The notes under the pieces: generated by a model
What the model was told of the DNA's origin: nothing
Seen by the model: only the letters and a program-made list of their open reading frames with translations
Databases searched by the model: none
Position numbers and translations under genes: made by a program
Shown here: piece by piece, positions 1 to 1,042 of the stretch
Layout: each line of letters opens with the position of its first letter
Numbering within the stretch: position 1 is the first letter of the stretch
Sequence record: OR846487.1
Strand: one strand, 5' to 3'
Length of the DNA: 1,042 nt
From: a phage

Positions 1-1042
1 GCCAGATCAACAATACCGTCAGATTTACGCGGTTGGATCATGCCTTTCCAGTAAACGAAAGTCGGTACGCGAACGCCGCCTTCCCAGGTAGATCCTTTCG
101 CACCACGGAACGGTGTGCGTCCGTGCGGCGGTACTTCGGCTTCCGGTCCGTTATCGGAGGTAAAGACAATCAGCGTGTTATCAAGCTGACCGTTTTTCTC
201 CAGTGCTTTATACAGATTAGCGAACACATCGTTCATTTCCACCATGCAGTCGCCATACGAGGTGCGTGCCGGAGAGCTACCCGCATATTTGGCGTTCGGG
301 TAGTTATCGAAGTGACAGCCGCGAGTGCCGTAATAGAGGAAGAAAGGCTTATCACTCTTCGCCATCTTGTCGAGGAACTTAACGCCATATTCCATCCAGC
401 GTTGATCCAGATCTTCCATATATTTCGGCGTAATGTCGGCAATGGCCTGTTGTTCGCCGCCGCGCACCGCATGAACGTCATCTTTGCTAAATGGTAATTG
501 CTTGATGTATTCAGAACGGTCCGGACTCAGGGCCACTTCCGGATTGACGTGAACGTCGCGCCATTCGGTGTACATATCAGACACCGAGTTAAAGCCACGG
601 AAATCATCAAAGCCAACGTTCTGCGGCTGCGACTCTTTGTTTTCCCCCATATGCCATTTCCCGATGGCCTGAGTGACGTAGCCCTGATCGTGCAGCAACT
701 GCGGCAGCGTGGTTAACCCTTGCAGCCCGCCCGGTTGCCCGTACATTGGCGGCATCAGAATGCCGTGGTGGATGGAGTATTGTCCGGTGAGAATGGTGGC
801 GCGGGTTGGGGAAGAGCTTGGTTGAGAATACGCCGAAGTTAAAATCAGCCCCTGGCTGGCAACGGCGTCGATATCTGGTGTAGGGTTACCCACCGCCACG
901 CCGCCACCGTTAAAACCGACGTCCATCCAGCCCACATCGTCCAGCAAGAAAACAACCACATTCGGTTTCTTACCGGTTTTTTTCTCAAGTTCTGCCAGCT
1001 TCTGCTGGGGTTCTTTATCCTGCGCCGGATGCTGCATTACTG
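1..1042 (-). CDS. Sulfatase (arylsulfatase family, Ser-type formylglycine motif), partial at both ends; codons in frame from + 1040 down to + 3
   Basis: Reverse-complement translation is open across the whole window (345 codons, no stop): ...[47 protein letters not shown]...[20 protein letters not shown]...AIGKWHMGE...[17 protein letters not shown]...[11 protein letters not shown]...[23 protein letters not shown]...GIVDL. Sulfatase hallmarks are all present: metal-binding DD (FLLDD, + 936..941), signature [11 protein letters not shown] (+ 783..815), GKWH (+ 651..662), GCH, SDNG and GAKGS. Residue spacing matches the human ARSA active-site pattern (D29/D30, C69, R73, K123, H125, H229, D281/N282, K302). 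Family assignment rests on motif recognition from memory; no database search was run. E. coli YdeN is a possible identity but unverified. Confidence 0.93.

Noticed and set aside
233-481. 82-aa minus-strand ORF from the six-frame track
   Set aside because: It is on the same strand as the sulfatase but in a different frame, wholly nested in the real CDS. Its low-complexity translation ([15 protein letters not shown]...) looks like an out-of-frame artefact, not an overlapping gene.
33-497. 154-aa plus-strand ORF from the six-frame track
   Set aside because: It lies entirely antisense to the sulfatase CDS. Its translation is Arg/Val/Ile/His-rich with no recognisable motif, and the strong minus-strand coding signal explains its openness as a shadow ORF.
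498-716. 72-aa plus-strand ORF from the six-frame track
   Set aside because: Same reasoning: antisense to the conserved GKWH-containing part of the sulfatase, no recognisable domain, and it begins at the stop codon of the previous shadow ORF.
977-983. T7 homopolymer (A7 on the coding strand, in E-K-K-T codons)
   Set aside because: Seven bases is below the length usually associated with slipped-strand phase variation, and the frame is intact. It is most likely just consecutive Lys AAA codons.
1-1042. Search for a novel defence or accessory system, CRISPR repeats, tRNA/ncRNA, IS ends, REP elements or a terminator hairpin
   Set aside because: No direct or inverted repeats of meaningful length, no intergenic space and no second gene are visible. 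The window is fully accounted for by one conserved hydrolase CDS, so any novel-system claim would be unsupported.

Overview
The whole window is the interior of one protein-coding gene on the minus strand: a sulfatase of the alkaline-phosphatase superfamily (Pfam Sulfatase-like), open at both window edges. Translating the reverse complement in the frame whose codons end at + position 3 gives 345 uninterrupted sense codons plus partial codons at each edge. It carries the textbook sulfatase active-site residues, including a Ser-type formylglycine motif [11 protein letters not shown]. The supplied ORF track misses this gene, apparently because the reading frame has no stop inside the window; the three ORFs it lists are an antisense or out-of-frame shadow of it. 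Codon usage and GC content look enterobacterial, and the protein resembles the Ser-type sulfatases of that group (E. coli YdeN is a candidate from memory, not verified, so no gene symbol is assigned). I see no RNA gene, CRISPR array, mobile element, intergenic region or promoter/terminator. Nothing in this window supports a novel system; the points worth following up are the Ser-type motif, which predicts a radical-SAM maturase partner outside the window, and the unresolved start codon and export signal.
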